Assembly: GCA_963842945.1 (NCBI GenBank) | Contig: CAWJIM010000020.1 | Coordinates: 96,001-160,000 of the forward strand | From: an uncultured Gemmatimonadales bacterium | GTDB taxonomy: Bacteria; Gemmatimonadota; Gemmatimonadetes; Gemmatimonadales; GWC2-71-9 | DNA: 64,000 nucleotides | Reading direction: 5' to 3' | Shown: piece by piece, positions 1-10,151 of the stretch | Layout: each line of letters opens with the position of its first letter | How positions within the stretch are numbered: position 1 is the first letter of the stretch | Made by a program: the position numbers and the translations under genes | Notes under the pieces: model-generated | Told to the model about the DNA's origin: nothing | The model's input: only the letters and a program-made list of their open reading frames with translations | Databases searched by the model: none

Positions 1-441
1 CTCGCGCTCGATGCGCTGCTCCTCTCGGTCGTCGTCCTGCTGCAGGCCGGCCAGGGTGGCGGGTTGGCGTCGCTCGGCGGTGGTGGAACCGAGACGGTTC
101 TGGGAAACCGGCAGGCGGTTACCATCCTCACCAAGCTGACCTGGTGGTGTGGTGGCATTTTCCTGGTGCTGTCGCTGGTGCTCTCGTTCGTGCCACGGGG
201 TGGCAACTCGAGTGCCTTGCAGGAGCGGCTCCGGGCGGCGACGCCCGCCGCGCCGTCGCAGCAGGCTCCGCTCCCGTTGGGTCCGGAGCCCTCAACCGAG
301 GCTCCCAAGGCGGGCGCAAGCCCGACCAACGCCACGCCGCAGTCAAAGCCGGCCCCGCTTCCTCTGGGCACGCCGTCTCCGGCACCCAAGGCCGGAACCC
401 CCGCCAAGGGCGCACCGGCGCCCGCACAGCCCAAGCGGTGA
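1..441 (+). CDS. secG: Preprotein translocase subunit SecG (5' truncated by window edge), long Pro/Ala-rich tail
   Basis: Frame 1 from base 1 reads LALDALLLSVVVLLQAGQGGGLASLGGGG...GNRQAVTILTKLTWW, matching the SecG VLLQxGxGGGL and LTKxT pattern. Confidence 0.9.
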   Translation, partial: LALDALLLSVVVLLQAGQGGGLASLGGGGTETVLGNRQAVTILTKLTWWCGGIFLVLSLVLSFVPRGGNSSALQERLRAATPAAPSQQAPLPLGPEPSTEAPKAGASPTNATPQSKPAPLPLGTPSPAPKAGTPAKGAPAPAQPKR

Positions 442-472
442 TCAGCAGGCTCTCGTTCTCCGGGGCGATCGG

Positions 473-1609
473 GTGACCGATCGCCCCGCTTTTGTATTGC
501 TGGAGGACGGCGCCTGGTTCGCCGGGACTACGCCGAGCAGCACCGAGCCGGCATTCGGAGAGGTGGTATTCACCACCAATCTCACCGGATATCAAGAGAC
601 TTTCACCGACCCGAGCTACCTCGGCCAGATCGTGGTTATGACCGCGCCGATGATCGGGAACTACGGGGTGAACCAGGAGGACATGGAGTCCAGCCGCCCC
701 CAGGTGAGCGGCGTAGTGGTTCGTGAGTTGTCTCGCCACCCATCGAACTGGCGCGCCACTCGAACGCTCGGCGACTGGCTTGGCTCGGCCGGTGTGCCTG
801 TTCTGGAGAACATCGATACCCGGCGCCTCACCCGCCATCTGCGCGAGCGCGGCGCAATGCGCGGAGTGGTAGCGGAAGGAGAAGGGCCCGACGACGCAAT
901 GCGGGCTCGGCTGCTCGCCTCTCCATCAATGGTGGGACTGGACCTCGCATCCCGAGCCAGCACCGGGATACGGCAGAGCGAAGGCGCTGGTCCTCACGTC
1001 GTGGCGTATGACTTTGGCATGAAGCGGAACATCGTGCGCATGCTGGTGAATGCTGGTTGCCGGGTCACGGTAGTTCCCGGCAACACGTCCGCGGCCGAGG
1101 TGCGCGAGCTAACCCCTGACGGCCTCTTTCTTTCCAATGGACCTGGCGATCCTGCCGCGGTGGGCTACGCCCTCCCAACCATTCGCGAGCTCGCCAACGC
1201 CGGCCTGCCTACGTTCGGGATCTGTCTCGGCCACCAACTCATCGGCCTGGCCTATGGTGGTTCCACAGCCAAGCTGCCGTACGGGCACCGGGGAGGTAAT
1301 CATCCGGTCCGCGATCTCCGCAGTGGTCAAGTGCTTATTACCACTCAAAACCATGGCTTCGCGGTAGTTGGAGAGGCGAACCGGGTTCCCGGCGCCCCCG
1401 ATCTCGAAGTCACGCACGTCAATCTGAACGATGGTACGATCGAAGGGATCCGGCACCGCGAGCTTCCGCTGTTTGCGGTGCAGTACCATCCGGAAGCCGC
1501 GCCGGGACCGCACGACGCGTGGCCCCACTTCGACGAATTCATGGCCTCACTTCGCGGGGAACCCGGATCAATCCGGCAACCCCTTGACAGACAAGGGGTA
1601 AGCTCGTAG
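473..1609 (+). CDS. carA: Carbamoyl-phosphate synthase small subunit
   Basis: Motifs LLEDG, GEVVFTT..TGYQE..TDPSY.GQ, SNGPGDP, GICLGHQ, QNHGF and QYHPEA.PGPHD. GTG start at 473 inside ORF 149..1609. Confidence 0.95.
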   Translation: MTDRPAFVLLEDGAWFAGTTPSSTEPAFGEVVFTTNLTGYQETFTDPSYLGQIVVMTAPMIGNYGVNQEDMESSRPQVSGVVVRELSRHPSNWRATRTLGDWLGSAGVPVLENIDTRRLTRHLRERGAMRGVVAEGEGPDDAMRARLLASPSMVGLDLASRASTGIRQSEGAGPHVVAYDFGMKRNIVRMLVNAGCRVTVVPGNTSAAEVRELTPDGLFLSNGPGDPAAVGYALPTIRELANAGLPTFGICLGHQLIGLAYGGSTAKLPYGHRGGNHPVRDLRSGQVLITTQNHGFAVVGEANRVPGAPDLEVTHVNLNDGTIEGIRHRELPLFAVQYHPEAAPGPHDAWPHFDEFMASLRGEPGSIRQPLDRQGVSS

Positions 1610-1612
1610 TAT
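1584..1612 (+). promoter_or_regulatory. Sigma70-type promoter for the HU/IHF gene
   Basis: TTGACA (1584-1589), 17-bp spacer, TAGTAT (1607-1612), about 50 bp upstream of ATG 1665. An 8-bp inverted repeat overlaps the -35. Confidence 0.7.
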
Positions 1613-1664
1613 CGGCCATAGTTTCCCCGCCTGGCTCCGCCGACATAACCCTCCTGGGGGATGC

Positions 1665-1994
1665 ATGACCAAGGCCGATCTCGTCGAACAGGTGACTGCC
1701 TCCATCGCCCGCACAGCGGGGCCCATGATCTCGAAGAAAGACTGTGCCCGCGTGGTGGACGCTTTCCTGGAAGCGGTCAAGGAAGCCCTCAAGCAGCAGC
1801 ACAACATCGAGGTACGCGGTTTCGGCACCTTCAAAATCCGTCGTAGAAAGACCCGCATGGCCCGAAACCCTCGCACCGGCGATCCCGTGGAAGTGGCTGC
1901 CCGTCCGGTTCCGGTGTTCAAGCCCAGCAAAGAGTTGCGGGCCCTCGTCGCCGACGAGACCACTCCCGAAGCTGAGCCGGCGCAGGGGATGTAG
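1665..1994 (+). CDS. HU/IHF family DNA-binding protein (IHF-beta-like)
   Basis: MTKADLVE...IEVRGFGTF...ARNPRTG..V.V....VPVFKPSKELR. Confidence 0.93.
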   Translation: MTKADLVEQVTASIARTAGPMISKKDCARVVDAFLEAVKEALKQQHNIEVRGFGTFKIRRRKTRMARNPRTGDPVEVAARPVPVFKPSKELRALVADETTPEAEPAQGM

Positions 1995-2017
1995 AGCTTC
2001 AGCTTTCCCCGTGTTCG

Positions 2018-2064
2018 AGAGTCGCTTTGGGCCCCGAGTCTCAGGGCGACTCTTGTTACCTTTC
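2018..2064 (+). terminator. Probable intrinsic terminator after the HU/IHF gene
   Basis: AGAGTCGC...GCGACTCT stem, extendable with G-U pairs, followed by TGTTACCTTT. Confidence 0.5.
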
Positions 2065-2068
2065 AGTC

Positions 2069-2332
2069 ATGACCGCAGTTGCCTCGACCGTCACCATTCG
2101 GGTTTTGCTCCTCGCCAGCTATGCCGAGCTGCTGGGCAGCGACGCTTTGGAGCTCGTGCTGGACAATCCGGCGCGGGTCAGCGACGCACTCGAGCGGCTC
2201 CGTGCCTTTCCCGGCGGCGAGCGGCTCCCCGCCAAGCCACTCTGCGCCCTCAATTTGACGCAGGTCACGCCGGACACTCCGCTCAGCGCGGGTGACGAGC
2301 TTGCCATCCTCCCGCCGCTTTCGGGTGGTTGA
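2069..2332 (+). CDS. moaD: Molybdopterin synthase sulfur carrier (MoaD/ThiS family)
   Basis: Small ubiquitin-like protein ending GDELAILPPLSGG; lies next to moaE. Confidence 0.9.
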   Translation: MTAVASTVTIRVLLLASYAELLGSDALELVLDNPARVSDALERLRAFPGGERLPAKPLCALNLTQVTPDTPLSAGDELAILPPLSGG

Positions 2333-2336
2333 GCCG

Positions 2337-2849
2337 ATGTATTTGACCTCTGACGCGATCGACCTCGGCTCGCTGCTAGCCCAGGTGCAATCTCCCCGGC
2401 ATGGCGGGATCGCCAGCTTTCTGGGAGCGGTGCGGGATCATCAGGCTGGGCGATCGGTGCTCCGTCTGGAATACTCGGCCTACCAGCCGATGGCGGAAGC
2501 CGAGTGCGCCCGGATCGTGCGAGAGGCGGAGTCGGAGTGGAACTGCGTCGTCGCGCTGAAGCACCGGATAGGAACGCTGCAAATCGGTGACGTCGCTGTT
2601 GCCATCGTTGCTGCCTCGGCTCACCGCGAGGAGGCGTTTGCCGCCTGCCGCTATGTGATCGAAGAGGTGAAGCGGCGAGTGCCGATCTGGAAGCAGGAGG
2701 TCTTTGCCGACGGGTCGGTGGAGTGGGTGGGAGGCGGGGCAGCGGGGCAGCGGGGCAGCGGGGCGGTTGAACAGCCGAATAGTCTTGCCGACCATGCAGC
2801 CTATACCAGCGGAGCCAACCACGCTGATGGGTACGGGGAGGAATCGTGA
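2337..2849 (+). CDS. moaE: Molybdopterin synthase catalytic subunit
   Basis: GGIASFLGAVR, LEYSAY, HRIG.L.IGD, SAHR.EAF, VK.RVPIWKQE.F.DG..WV. The C-terminal extension contains a tandem repeat. Confidence 0.92.
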   Translation: MYLTSDAIDLGSLLAQVQSPRHGGIASFLGAVRDHQAGRSVLRLEYSAYQPMAEAECARIVREAESEWNCVVALKHRIGTLQIGDVAVAIVAASAHREEAFAACRYVIEEVKRRVPIWKQEVFADGSVEWVGGGAAGQRGSGAVEQPNSLADHAAYTSGANHADGYGEES

Positions 2850-2886
2850 GTGCCGCCGTGCTGCCCCGCCGCCCCGCTGCCCCGCT
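2734..2886. repeat. Inverted pair of tandem octamer arrays, (GCGGGGCA)4 ... (TGCCCCGC)3, across the moaE/moaA junction
   Basis: 2734-2765 reads gcggggca x3 plus gcggggcg. 2862-2885 reads tgccccgc cgccccgc tgccccgc, the reverse complement. Confidence 0.85.
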
Positions 2887-3901
2887 TACTGACGTTCTAC
2901 ACCGTCCTCTGAAGTCGCTGCGGATTTCAGTCACCGACCGCTGCAACATGCGGTGCCGGTACTGCATGCCCGAACAGGAGTATGCCTGGCTTCCCCGCGA
3001 CTCCATTCTCTCCTTCGAAGAGATCGACCGCCTGGTGGGCATCTTCGCCCGTCTTGGCGTTGATAAGGTGCGGCTGACCGGTGGCGAGCCTCTCCTCCGC
3101 CACGAGTTTCCCAAGCTGGTTGCGCTGCTGCGGCGCCATCGCGGGATCCGGGACATTGCGCTCACCACCAACGGCATCTTGCTGGCGCGGCAGGCCAAGG
3201 AGCTCCGGGCTGCCGGGCTTTCACGCGTCACCGTGAGTCTGGATACACTCCGGCCCGATCGCATGCTGGAGTTCGCTCGCTCGGGACGACACCGGGACGT
3301 GCTCGAGGGCATTGCGGCGGCGCACCGGGAGGGCTTGGCACCGCTCAAGCTCAACGTCGTAGTCGTTCGAGGCTACAATGACGATGAGCTGGTTGACCTG
3401 GTGGAATTTGCCCGGGCTCATCAGGCCGAGGTGCGGTTCATCGAATACATGGATGTCGGTGGCGCTACCGAGTGGTCCATGGATCGAGTCGTGACCAGGC
3501 AGGGGATCCTGGAACGGCTGGAGCAGGTTTACGGCGCAATCACGCCAGTGAATGAAGGCGGCTGGGCTCCCGCCGAGCGGTTCTCCCTCCCGGACGGCGC
3601 CGTCATCGGGATCATTGCATCGACCACCGAGCCCTTTTGCCGGACCTGCGACCGCAGCCGTCTGACCGCAGATGGGACCTGGCTCCTGTGCCTCTATGGT
3701 GAGGACGGGCTCGACCTCCGCCAGGCACTGCGGGAAGGATGCGCCGATGACGAGATCGCCCGGCGCATCGAGGACACCTGGCGCCGCCGAACCGATCGCG
3801 GCGCCGAGCTGCGCGTTGCCTCGCCCGAGCGGGGAGCGCTGTATCAGCTGGAGTCTCTCCGGGCCGATCCGCACCGCGAGATGCACACGCGGGGCGGCTG
3901 A
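2846..3901 (+). CDS. moaA: GTP 3',8-cyclase (radical SAM)
   Basis: LRISVTDRCNMRCRYCMP, RLTGGEP, FC..CDR.RLTADG....CL, and C-terminal M...GG. Confidence 0.96.
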   Translation: MSAAVLPRRPAAPLTDVLHRPLKSLRISVTDRCNMRCRYCMPEQEYAWLPRDSILSFEEIDRLVGIFARLGVDKVRLTGGEPLLRHEFPKLVALLRRHRGIRDIALTTNGILLARQAKELRAAGLSRVTVSLDTLRPDRMLEFARSGRHRDVLEGIAAAHREGLAPLKLNVVVVRGYNDDELVDLVEFARAHQAEVRFIEYMDVGGATEWSMDRVVTRQGILERLEQVYGAITPVNEGGWAPAERFSLPDGAVIGIIASTTEPFCRTCDRSRLTADGTWLLCLYGEDGLDLRQALREGCADDEIARRIEDTWRRRTDRGAELRVASPERGALYQLESLRADPHREMHTRGG

Positions 3902-4404
3902 TGCCGCTCCACGTTGCGCTCATCGAACCTCAGATTCCTCCCAACACCGGCAACATCGCTCGACTCTGCGCGGCCACCGACACTCCGCTGCACCTGATCG
4001 AGCCCCTGGGCTTCAGTATCAATGACGCCGAGGTCCGCCGAGCCGGGCTGGACTACTGGGGCGCGGTAGACCTCTGGGTGCACCCGAACTGGTTCGCCTT
4101 TCGTGACGCCATGGACCGTTCCCGCTGTCTGTACTTCTCCGCCAAGGCGGAGCAGAGCTTCTGGGACGCCCCCTACAAGCCGAACAGCTGTCTGGTCTTC
4201 GGGAGCGAGACCGAGGGCATGCCGGAACGGATTCTGGAAAAGCATCCGGAACGCTGCTTTACCATCCCGATGTCCGGGCCGGTGCGAAATCTCAATCTCT
4301 CGAATGCCGTGAGCATTGTGCTGTACGAGGCGATCAGGCAGGTGAGGGGAAGTCGCGAGTCACGAGTCGGGAGCCACGAGCACTCGCACGAAGAATCTTC
4401 ATAG
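3901..4404 (+). CDS. trmL: tRNA (cytidine(34)-2'-O)-methyltransferase, SpoU/TrmL
   Basis: PQIPPNTGNIARLC, LHLIEPLGF, RRAGLDYW, FGSET.G, IPM...RNLNLSNAV.I.LYEA.RQ. Confidence 0.93.
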   Translation: MPLHVALIEPQIPPNTGNIARLCAATDTPLHLIEPLGFSINDAEVRRAGLDYWGAVDLWVHPNWFAFRDAMDRSRCLYFSAKAEQSFWDAPYKPNSCLVFGSETEGMPERILEKHPERCFTIPMSGPVRNLNLSNAVSIVLYEAIRQVRGSRESRVGSHEHSHEESS

Positions 4405-4460
4405 CGGTAAGCCGTCTTCACTCCAAGCGCCTCATGACTCGCTACTCGTGACTCGCGACT
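4351..4460. repeat. Hairpin element of tandem heptamers (GAGTC-based) at the trmL/mdh junction
   Basis: Left arm agtcgcg-agtcacg-agtcggg-agccacg-ag (4351-4380). Right arm ctcatga-ctcgcta-ctcgtga-ctcgcga-ct (4431-4460). The outer 17 nt are perfectly complementary. Confidence 0.85.
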
Positions 4461-4526
4461 CTACACAACTATATTGCGGCGGCTTGGGCTGCTACACCTT
4501 CTTCATCGCTGCAGAGAGCTCTTCGA

Positions 4527-5456
4527 ATGCTAAATAAGGTCGCGGTAGTTGGGGCGGGTAATGTGGGCGCAACGGCGGCGCAGAGATTGGCCGAGAAGAA
4601 TTTGGCGCGCGCCGTGGTCATGATCGACGTGGTCGACGGAGTCCCTCAGGGCAAGGGCCTCGACCAGTGGCAATCCGGCCCGATCGAGGGTTTTGATACC
4701 AGGGTGGTCGGCAGCGGCAACTACGATGAGGCTGCGGGGGCCGAAGTGTTTGTCGTGACCGCCGGTATCGCACGGAAGCCGGGGATGAGCCGGGACGATC
4801 TGGTCAAAACCAATGCCGGCATCGTTCGCTCGGTCACGGAGCAGATAGCCCGGGTTGCCCCCAAATCCATCATCGTGGTGGTCTCCAATCCGCTGGACGT
4901 GATGTGCTACGTGGCCATGAAAGCGACCCGCTTCCCCAGGGAGCGGATACTCGGCATGGCGGGAGTGCTCGACACAGCCCGTTATCGCACCTTTCTGGCC
5001 GAGGCGCTGGATATTTCAGTGGAAGACATCCAGGCGATGGTGCTCGGCGGACACGGCGACACCATGGTGCCGCTGGTTTCTTACACCACGGTCTCAGGCA
5101 TCCCGGTCACCCAGCTTATTGACCAGCAGAAGCTCGATACGATCGTCAACCGAACCCGGAACGGCGGCGCCGAGATCGTGGGTTTTCTCAAGACCGGATC
5201 GGCGTACTATGCCCCGAGTGCCGCTGCGGTGCAGATGGTCGAGGCAATTGCTCTGGACAAGAAGCGAATTCTCCCCTGTTCGGCTTGGCTGCAGGGCGAG
5301 TTCGGTCTTCGCGACGTGTTTTGTGGAGTTCCCTGCAAGCTGGGGAGAAGCGGCCTCGAGCGCATCATCGAGGTGACCCTTACCGACGCTGAACGCGAGG
5401 AGCTCCGCAAGTCCGCCGAGGCGGTGCGTTCGACCCAGGCGGTAGTAGACGCGTGA
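4527..5456 (+). CDS. mdh: Malate dehydrogenase (LDH-like)
   Basis: [55 protein letters not shown]. Confidence 0.96.
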   Translation: MLNKVAVVGAGNVGATAAQRLAEKNLARAVVMIDVVDGVPQGKGLDQWQSGPIEGFDTRVVGSGNYDEAAGAEVFVVTAGIARKPGMSRDDLVKTNAGIVRSVTEQIARVAPKSIIVVVSNPLDVMCYVAMKATRFPRERILGMAGVLDTARYRTFLAEALDISVEDIQAMVLGGHGDTMVPLVSYTTVSGIPVTQLIDQQKLDTIVNRTRNGGAEIVGFLKTGSAYYAPSAAAVQMVEAIALDKKRILPCSAWLQGEFGLRDVFCGVPCKLGRSGLERIIEVTLTDAEREELRKSAEAVRSTQAVVDA

Positions 5457-5469
5457 GCGGAGTTGCCGA

Positions 5470-6129
5470 ATGAATCGGCTGTGGTTGCTGTGGGACTCGT
5501 CGGTGGGGAAAAAGGTGGTCATGGCCGTGACTGGCCTGATCATGCTGGCCTATCTCATCACCCATGTGCTGGCCAATCTTCTGGTGTTTCAGGGGCCAAC
5601 CAGGATCAATGCCTACAGCGCGTTCCTCCACGGCACAGGCGGCGCGCTCTGGGCGGCGCGCCTGGTGTTGCTCGGCTCGCTTCTCCTGCACGTTGTGGCT
5701 GCGGTCCAGCTGGCGGGACGCCAGGCCGAGGCGAGACCCGTCGCATACGCCGCCGGGCGCAAGCCGCAGGTCTCGACCTGGGCATCGCGCAGCATTCGCT
5801 GGGGCGGCGCGCTCATCCTGGCCTTCCTGGTCTATCACATCCTCCACTTCACTATCGGCACCGCCCACCCGGACTTCGTTGAGGGCGACCCATACCACAA
5901 CGTAGCGACCGGATTCCACAATCCTGTCGTGGTGGTTGTCTACCTGGTGGCCCTCGCCGCAGTCGGTCTACATCTGTATCACGGGGTCTGGAGCAGCGGG
6001 CGGAGTCTGGGCATGAGCCCACCGACTCCCAACCCGCTTCGGCGTACGGTGGCAATGGTGCTGGCGCTGCTCGTCTGGCTGGGCTTTACCGTGATCCCGC
6101 TTGCGGTGTACGCTGGGGTGATCCGATGA
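5470..6129 (+). CDS. sdhC: Succinate dehydrogenase/fumarate reductase cytochrome b anchor subunit
   Basis: [13 protein letters not shown], five hydrophobic segments and conserved heme-ligand His (H..AN, LHV, YHI.HF, HLYHG). Upstream of sdhA. Confidence 0.92.
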   Translation: MNRLWLLWDSSVGKKVVMAVTGLIMLAYLITHVLANLLVFQGPTRINAYSAFLHGTGGALWAARLVLLGSLLLHVVAAVQLAGRQAEARPVAYAAGRKPQVSTWASRSIRWGGALILAFLVYHILHFTIGTAHPDFVEGDPYHNVATGFHNPVVVVVYLVALAAVGLHLYHGVWSSGRSLGMSPPTPNPLRRTVAMVLALLVWLGFTVIPLAVYAGVIR

Positions 6130-8042
6130 TCGAGTTGCGCTCCAGAGTGCCCGTCGGGCCAATCGAACAGAAGTGGGACAAGCACCGGTTCGAGATGCGA
6201 CTGGTGAATCCGGCCAACAAGCGGAAACACACAGTTCTGCTGGTGGGAAGCGGTCTGGCCGGGGCGTCGGCCGCAGCGTCGCTGAGTGAGCTGGGTTATC
6301 AGGTCAAATGCTTCTGCTTTCAGGACTCGCCCCGGCGGGCTCACAGCATCGCGGCCCAAGGCGGAATCAACGCGGCCAAGAACTATCGGAACGACGGCGA
6401 CAGCATCTATCGCCTGTTCTATGACACGGTCAAAGGCGGAGACTTCCGTTCTCGAGAGGCCAACGTCTACCGGCTGGCGCAGCTGAGCGTCGAGATCATT
6501 GACCAGTGCGTGGCCCAGGGCGTGCCCTTTGCCCGGGAATACGGCGGCCTTCTGGCCAATCGCTCCTTCGGCGGGGCTCAGGTCTCCCGGACATTCTATG
6601 CCCGAGGCCAAACCGGCCAACAGCTGCTGCTCGGCGCATACCAGCAGATGCAGAAGGAGATCGACCGGGGCGGGGTAACCATGTATCCCCGAACCGAGAT
6701 GCTGGACCTGATCGTCATCGATGGCCGGGCCCGGGGAATCGTGGCCCGGGACATGGTCTCAGGGAAGATCACCTCGCACGTTGGGGACGCCGTGGTGTTG
6801 GGCACCGGCGGGTACGGCAACGTTTTTTATCTCTCGACCAACGCCAAAGGGTCCAACGCCACCGCTATCTGGAGGGCACACAAGCGGGGAGCGGCGTTCG
6901 CCAACCCGTGCTTCACCCAGATCCACCCCACCTGCATTCCGGTGAGTGGCGACTACCAGTCGAAGCTGACCCTGATGAGCGAGTCGCTTCGGAATGACGG
7001 ACGGGTGTGGGTGCCCCGCACGCAAGGCGACAAGCGGCCGGCCTCCCAGATTCCCGACTCGGAGCGGGATTACTACCTGGAGCGGAAGTACCCGAGCTTC
7101 GGCAATCTGGCTCCCCGTGATATCGCTTCCCGGGCGGCGAAAGAAGTCTGCGACGAAGGCCGGGGGGTCGGTGAGAGCGGGCTCGGCGTGTATCTCGACT
7201 TTGCCGACGCCATCAGACGATTAGGCGAGCACGCCATTCGGGACCGTTACGGCAATCTCTTCGAGATGTACCAGCGAATCACCGACGAGAATCCGTATCA
7301 TGCGCCGATGCGAATCTACCCCGCCGTGCACTACACCATGGGCGGGCTGTGGGTGGACTACAACCTGATGAGCACCATTCCCGGTTTGCATGTGATCGGC
7401 GAGGCAAACTTCTCGGATCACGGCGCCAACCGGTTGGGCGCGAGTGCGTTGATGCAGGGCCTGGCCGACGGCTATTTCATCCTCCCGGCGACCATCGCCG
7501 ACTATCTGGCTTCCGCCAAGCTGGACAAGGTCGAGGCGTCGCATCCCGAGTGCGTCCGCTTCGAGGCAGAGGTCGCGGGCTACACCCGCAAGCTGCTCGG
7601 GATCAAAGGCAAGCGGACGGTGGATTCGTTCCATCGCGAGCTGGGGAAGCTGATGTGGGACAAGTGCGGAATGGCGCGGAGTGCCGAAGGGCTGCGGGGA
7701 GCGCTGGCCCAGATACCGGCGCTGCGGGAGGAGTTCTGGCGAAACGTCAACGTTCCCGGCAGCGATGCCGAGCTGAATCAGGCGCTGGAGCGGGCCGGCC
7801 GGGTGGCCGACTTTCTGGAGCTGAGTGAGCTCATGTGCCGGGATGCCCTGCATCGGGAAGAGTCTTGTGGCGGCCATTTCCGGGTGGAGTACCAGACGCC
7901 GGACGGCGAGGCGCTGAGGAACGATCAGGATTTTGCCTACGTGGCAGCCTGGGAGTATTCGGGACCGGGCCGCGAGCCCCGGATGCACAAGGAGCCGCTG
8001 GAGTTCGAGTACGTGCAGCTGGCCCAGCGGAGCTACAAGTGA
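6126..8042 (+). CDS. sdhA: Succinate dehydrogenase/fumarate reductase flavoprotein subunit
   Basis: [19 protein letters not shown] (covalent FAD His), QIHPT, SESLR, HYTMGG, HGANRLG. Confidence 0.96.
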   Translation: MIELRSRVPVGPIEQKWDKHRFEMRLVNPANKRKHTVLLVGSGLAGASAAASLSELGYQVKCFCFQDSPRRAHSIAAQGGINAAKNYRNDGDSIYRLFYDTVKGGDFRSREANVYRLAQLSVEIIDQCVAQGVPFAREYGGLLANRSFGGAQVSRTFYARGQTGQQLLLGAYQQMQKEIDRGGVTMYPRTEMLDLIVIDGRARGIVARDMVSGKITSHVGDAVVLGTGGYGNVFYLSTNAKGSNATAIWRAHKRGAAFANPCFTQIHPTCIPVSGDYQSKLTLMSESLRNDGRVWVPRTQGDKRPASQIPDSERDYYLERKYPSFGNLAPRDIASRAAKEVCDEGRGVGESGLGVYLDFADAIRRLGEHAIRDRYGNLFEMYQRITDENPYHAPMRIYPAVHYTMGGLWVDYNLMSTIPGLHVIGEANFSDHGANRLGASALMQGLADGYFILPATIADYLASAKLDKVEASHPECVRFEAEVAGYTRKLLGIKGKRTVDSFHRELGKLMWDKCGMARSAEGLRGALAQIPALREEFWRNVNVPGSDAELNQALERAGRVADFLELSELMCRDALHREESCGGHFRVEYQTPDGEALRNDQDFAYVAAWEYSGPGREPRMHKEPLEFEYVQLAQRSYK

Positions 8043-8127
8043 GTCGGGAGCTGGGAGTCAGGAGTCGGGAGACTTACGGCGGTGAAGGGACTCTGTGGCT
8101 CCTGACTCCCGACTCTCGACTCCTGAC
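8041..8127. repeat. Hairpin element of tandem heptamers (GAGTCGG/CCGACTC) between sdhA and sdhB
   Basis: Left arm gagtcgg-gagctgg-gagtcag-gagtcgg-gag (8041-8071). Right arm ctcctga-ctcccga-ctctcga-ctcctga (8099-8126). Confidence 0.85.
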
Positions 8128-8139
8128 CGAGAGTGTACG

Positions 8140-8910
8140 GTGAACCTGACCTTACGAGTCTGGCGCCAGCCGAGCCCTTCCGCCCCGGGACGCCTGGTCG
8201 AGTACCAGGCCGCCGAGATCAGCCCGGATATGTCTTTCCTCGAGATGCTCGACGTGGTGAACGAGGGGCTGATGCAGCGGGGTGAGGTCCCGATCGCCTT
8301 CGATCACGACTGCCGGGAAGGGATATGTGGATCGTGCAGTCTGATGATCAACGGCGTGGCCCACGGCCCGATGCGGGGCACCGCCGCCTGTCAGCTCCAT
8401 ATGCGAAGCTTCAAGGACGGCAATGTCATCACCGTCGAGCCCTGGCGGGTTCGGGCATTCCCCATCGTTCGAGATCTGGTGGTGGACCGGACGGCCCTGG
8501 ACCGGATCATTCAGGCCGGCGGCTACGTCAGCGCGCCGACCGGGGGAGCCCCGGACGGCAACACCATCCTGATCCCGAAGGAAACGATAGACACCGCGAT
8601 GGACGCGGCGCAGTGCATAGCCTGCGGCGCCTGCGCCGCAGCCTGCCCCAATGGCTCGGCCTCGCTCTTTACGGCGGCCAAGCTGACCCATCTGGGACTC
8701 CTGCCTCAGGGCCAACCGGAGCGCTACCGCCGCGCCCTCCGGATGGTAGCCCAGATGGACCTCGAGAACTTCGGTGGTTGCACCCTCTACGGCGAGTGTC
8801 AGGAAGCCTGTCCCAAGCTCATCAGCATCGACACCATCACCCGGATGAACCGGGACTTCCTTCGGGCCAGCCTCACCTCCGGTCGGGCGGCCGTCGCCGA
8901 GTCCGACTGA
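8140..8910 (+). CDS. sdhB: Succinate dehydrogenase/fumarate reductase iron-sulfur subunit
   Basis: [38 protein letters not shown] start at 8140 ([10 protein letters not shown]). Confidence 0.95.
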   Translation: MNLTLRVWRQPSPSAPGRLVEYQAAEISPDMSFLEMLDVVNEGLMQRGEVPIAFDHDCREGICGSCSLMINGVAHGPMRGTAACQLHMRSFKDGNVITVEPWRVRAFPIVRDLVVDRTALDRIIQAGGYVSAPTGGAPDGNTILIPKETIDTAMDAAQCIACGACAAACPNGSASLFTAAKLTHLGLLPQGQPERYRRALRMVAQMDLENFGGCTLYGECQEACPKLISIDTITRMNRDFLRASLTSGRAAVAESD

Positions 8911-10151
8911 GACGTTCCCTCGCCTTACTGACCATCGCCACAGTCCTGCTTCCCGGCCAAGGGCTGGGCCAGGCTCCCGTATGGATCAGGCTCGGGGTTA
9001 ACGCAGTCCCGGTGTATACCGGGGTCGACCCAAAACCGCATGGTGGCTCGCTGGGAGAAGTGCGGGTGGTCCAGCCGACCGTCATGGCGCACGGCGGTGC
9101 GTTCGAGAATCGCTTGCGCCTCCTGGCTACGCTCAACCTCGAGGGCCTGACCATTCCCGACGGGGAGCTCGCCCTGGGCGATTGGGGGGAGGGGTTCATG
9201 GACCGGCGGCACCCCCATACGTACGTCCATGAGGTAATGCTGGCGTACCTCCACCCGTTTGGGTCCGCCACTGCCTCGCTGTCTGCCGGTAAGGGGTTCG
9301 CGCCGTTCGGGACCGACGATCCGATGTCCCGGCCGCCCGTGCGCTACCCGGTGAATCACCATCTGGCCCAGATCCTGGAACGTGCCGTGGTCATCCTGGG
9401 GGTACGGTCAGGCCCGGTTCTGCTGGAGGGAGGTCTCTTCAACGGCGATGAGCCGGAGCAGCCGGAGAGCTGGCCGAACATGTCACGTTTCGGCGACTCC
9501 TGGTCCGCCAGGCTCACGGTCTACCCCGTGGCGCATCTCGAGCTGCAAGGGTCGCATGCCGACGTCCAATCTCCGGAGCACCGGGAAGGGTTCGGGACCG
9601 ATCAAAGCAAGTGGAGCGCGTCGGGCCGGTGGACCGGATCGCTGCGCGGCTCTCCGGCCTATGCCATGCTGGAGTGGGCGCAAACCTCGGAGGCGGAGGG
9701 GTTCTTCGTATTTCACAGCCTCCTGGGAGAAGGTGCATGGACCATCGGCTCTCATCGTCTCCTGTATCGCTTCGAGCGCACCGAACGCCCCGAGGAACAG
9801 CGGCTCCTGGACCCCTTTCGCTCGGCTCGGCCGCATACGGAGAACTCCATTCTCGGCACCACGCGCTGGACGGTCCATACAGCGGGCTATGGATTTCAGC
9901 TCACCCTCGCCAAGGCGCTGGTGGCTCTGCCGTTCGTGGAGGTGTCGTATGGACGGATCGCCGACGTGAATGGTGGCTTGTTTGACGCCGAGTCCTTCTA
10001 CGGCAAGAGGTCATTTTGGGCGTTGAGCATCGGGAGCCGGCTCAACGTTGGGCTTCCTTTGCACCGGATGGGACGGTACGGTGTGGCACAGGACACGGCG
10101 CCCACCACGGTCGACCACCACTATGGCCATCATGATCAGCACAATAAATAG
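8907..10151 (+). CDS. Secreted, probably outer-membrane beta-barrel protein with His-rich motifs
   Basis: Signal-peptide-like [21 protein letters not shown] follows the sdhB stop; the start codon is uncertain. Alternating amphipathic strands, motif [11 protein letters not shown], and C-terminal [10 protein letters not shown]. Confidence 0.6.
   Translation: MRRSLALLTIATVLLPGQGLGQAPVWIRLGVNAVPVYTGVDPKPHGGSLGEVRVVQPTVMAHGGAFENRLRLLATLNLEGLTIPDGELALGDWGEGFMDRRHPHTYVHEVMLAYLHPFGSATASLSAGKGFAPFGTDDPMSRPPVRYPVNHHLAQILERAVVILGVRSGPVLLEGGLFNGDEPEQPESWPNMSRFGDSWSARLTVYPVAHLELQGSHADVQSPEHREGFGTDQSKWSASGRWTGSLRGSPAYAMLEWAQTSEAEGFFVFHSLLGEGAWTIGSHRLLYRFERTERPEEQRLLDPFRSARPHTENSILGTTRWTVHTAGYGFQLTLAKALVALPFVEVSYGRIADVNGGLFDAESFYGKRSFWALSIGSRLNVGLPLHRMGRYGVAQDTAPTTVDHHYGHHDQHNK

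Noticed and set aside
442..472. tRNA-Leu, often found downstream of secG
   Set aside because: Only about 30 bp separate secG from carA, and no cloverleaf or T-loop motif is present.
4351..8127. Heptamer arrays as a CRISPR array
   Set aside because: The units are 7 nt, tandem and inverted, with no 23-47 nt repeats separated by unique spacers and no cas genes.
8325..8906. N-terminal 190 aa of ORF 8325..10151
   Set aside because: It overlaps sdhB in another frame. The real protein appears to start near 8907, where a signal peptide begins.
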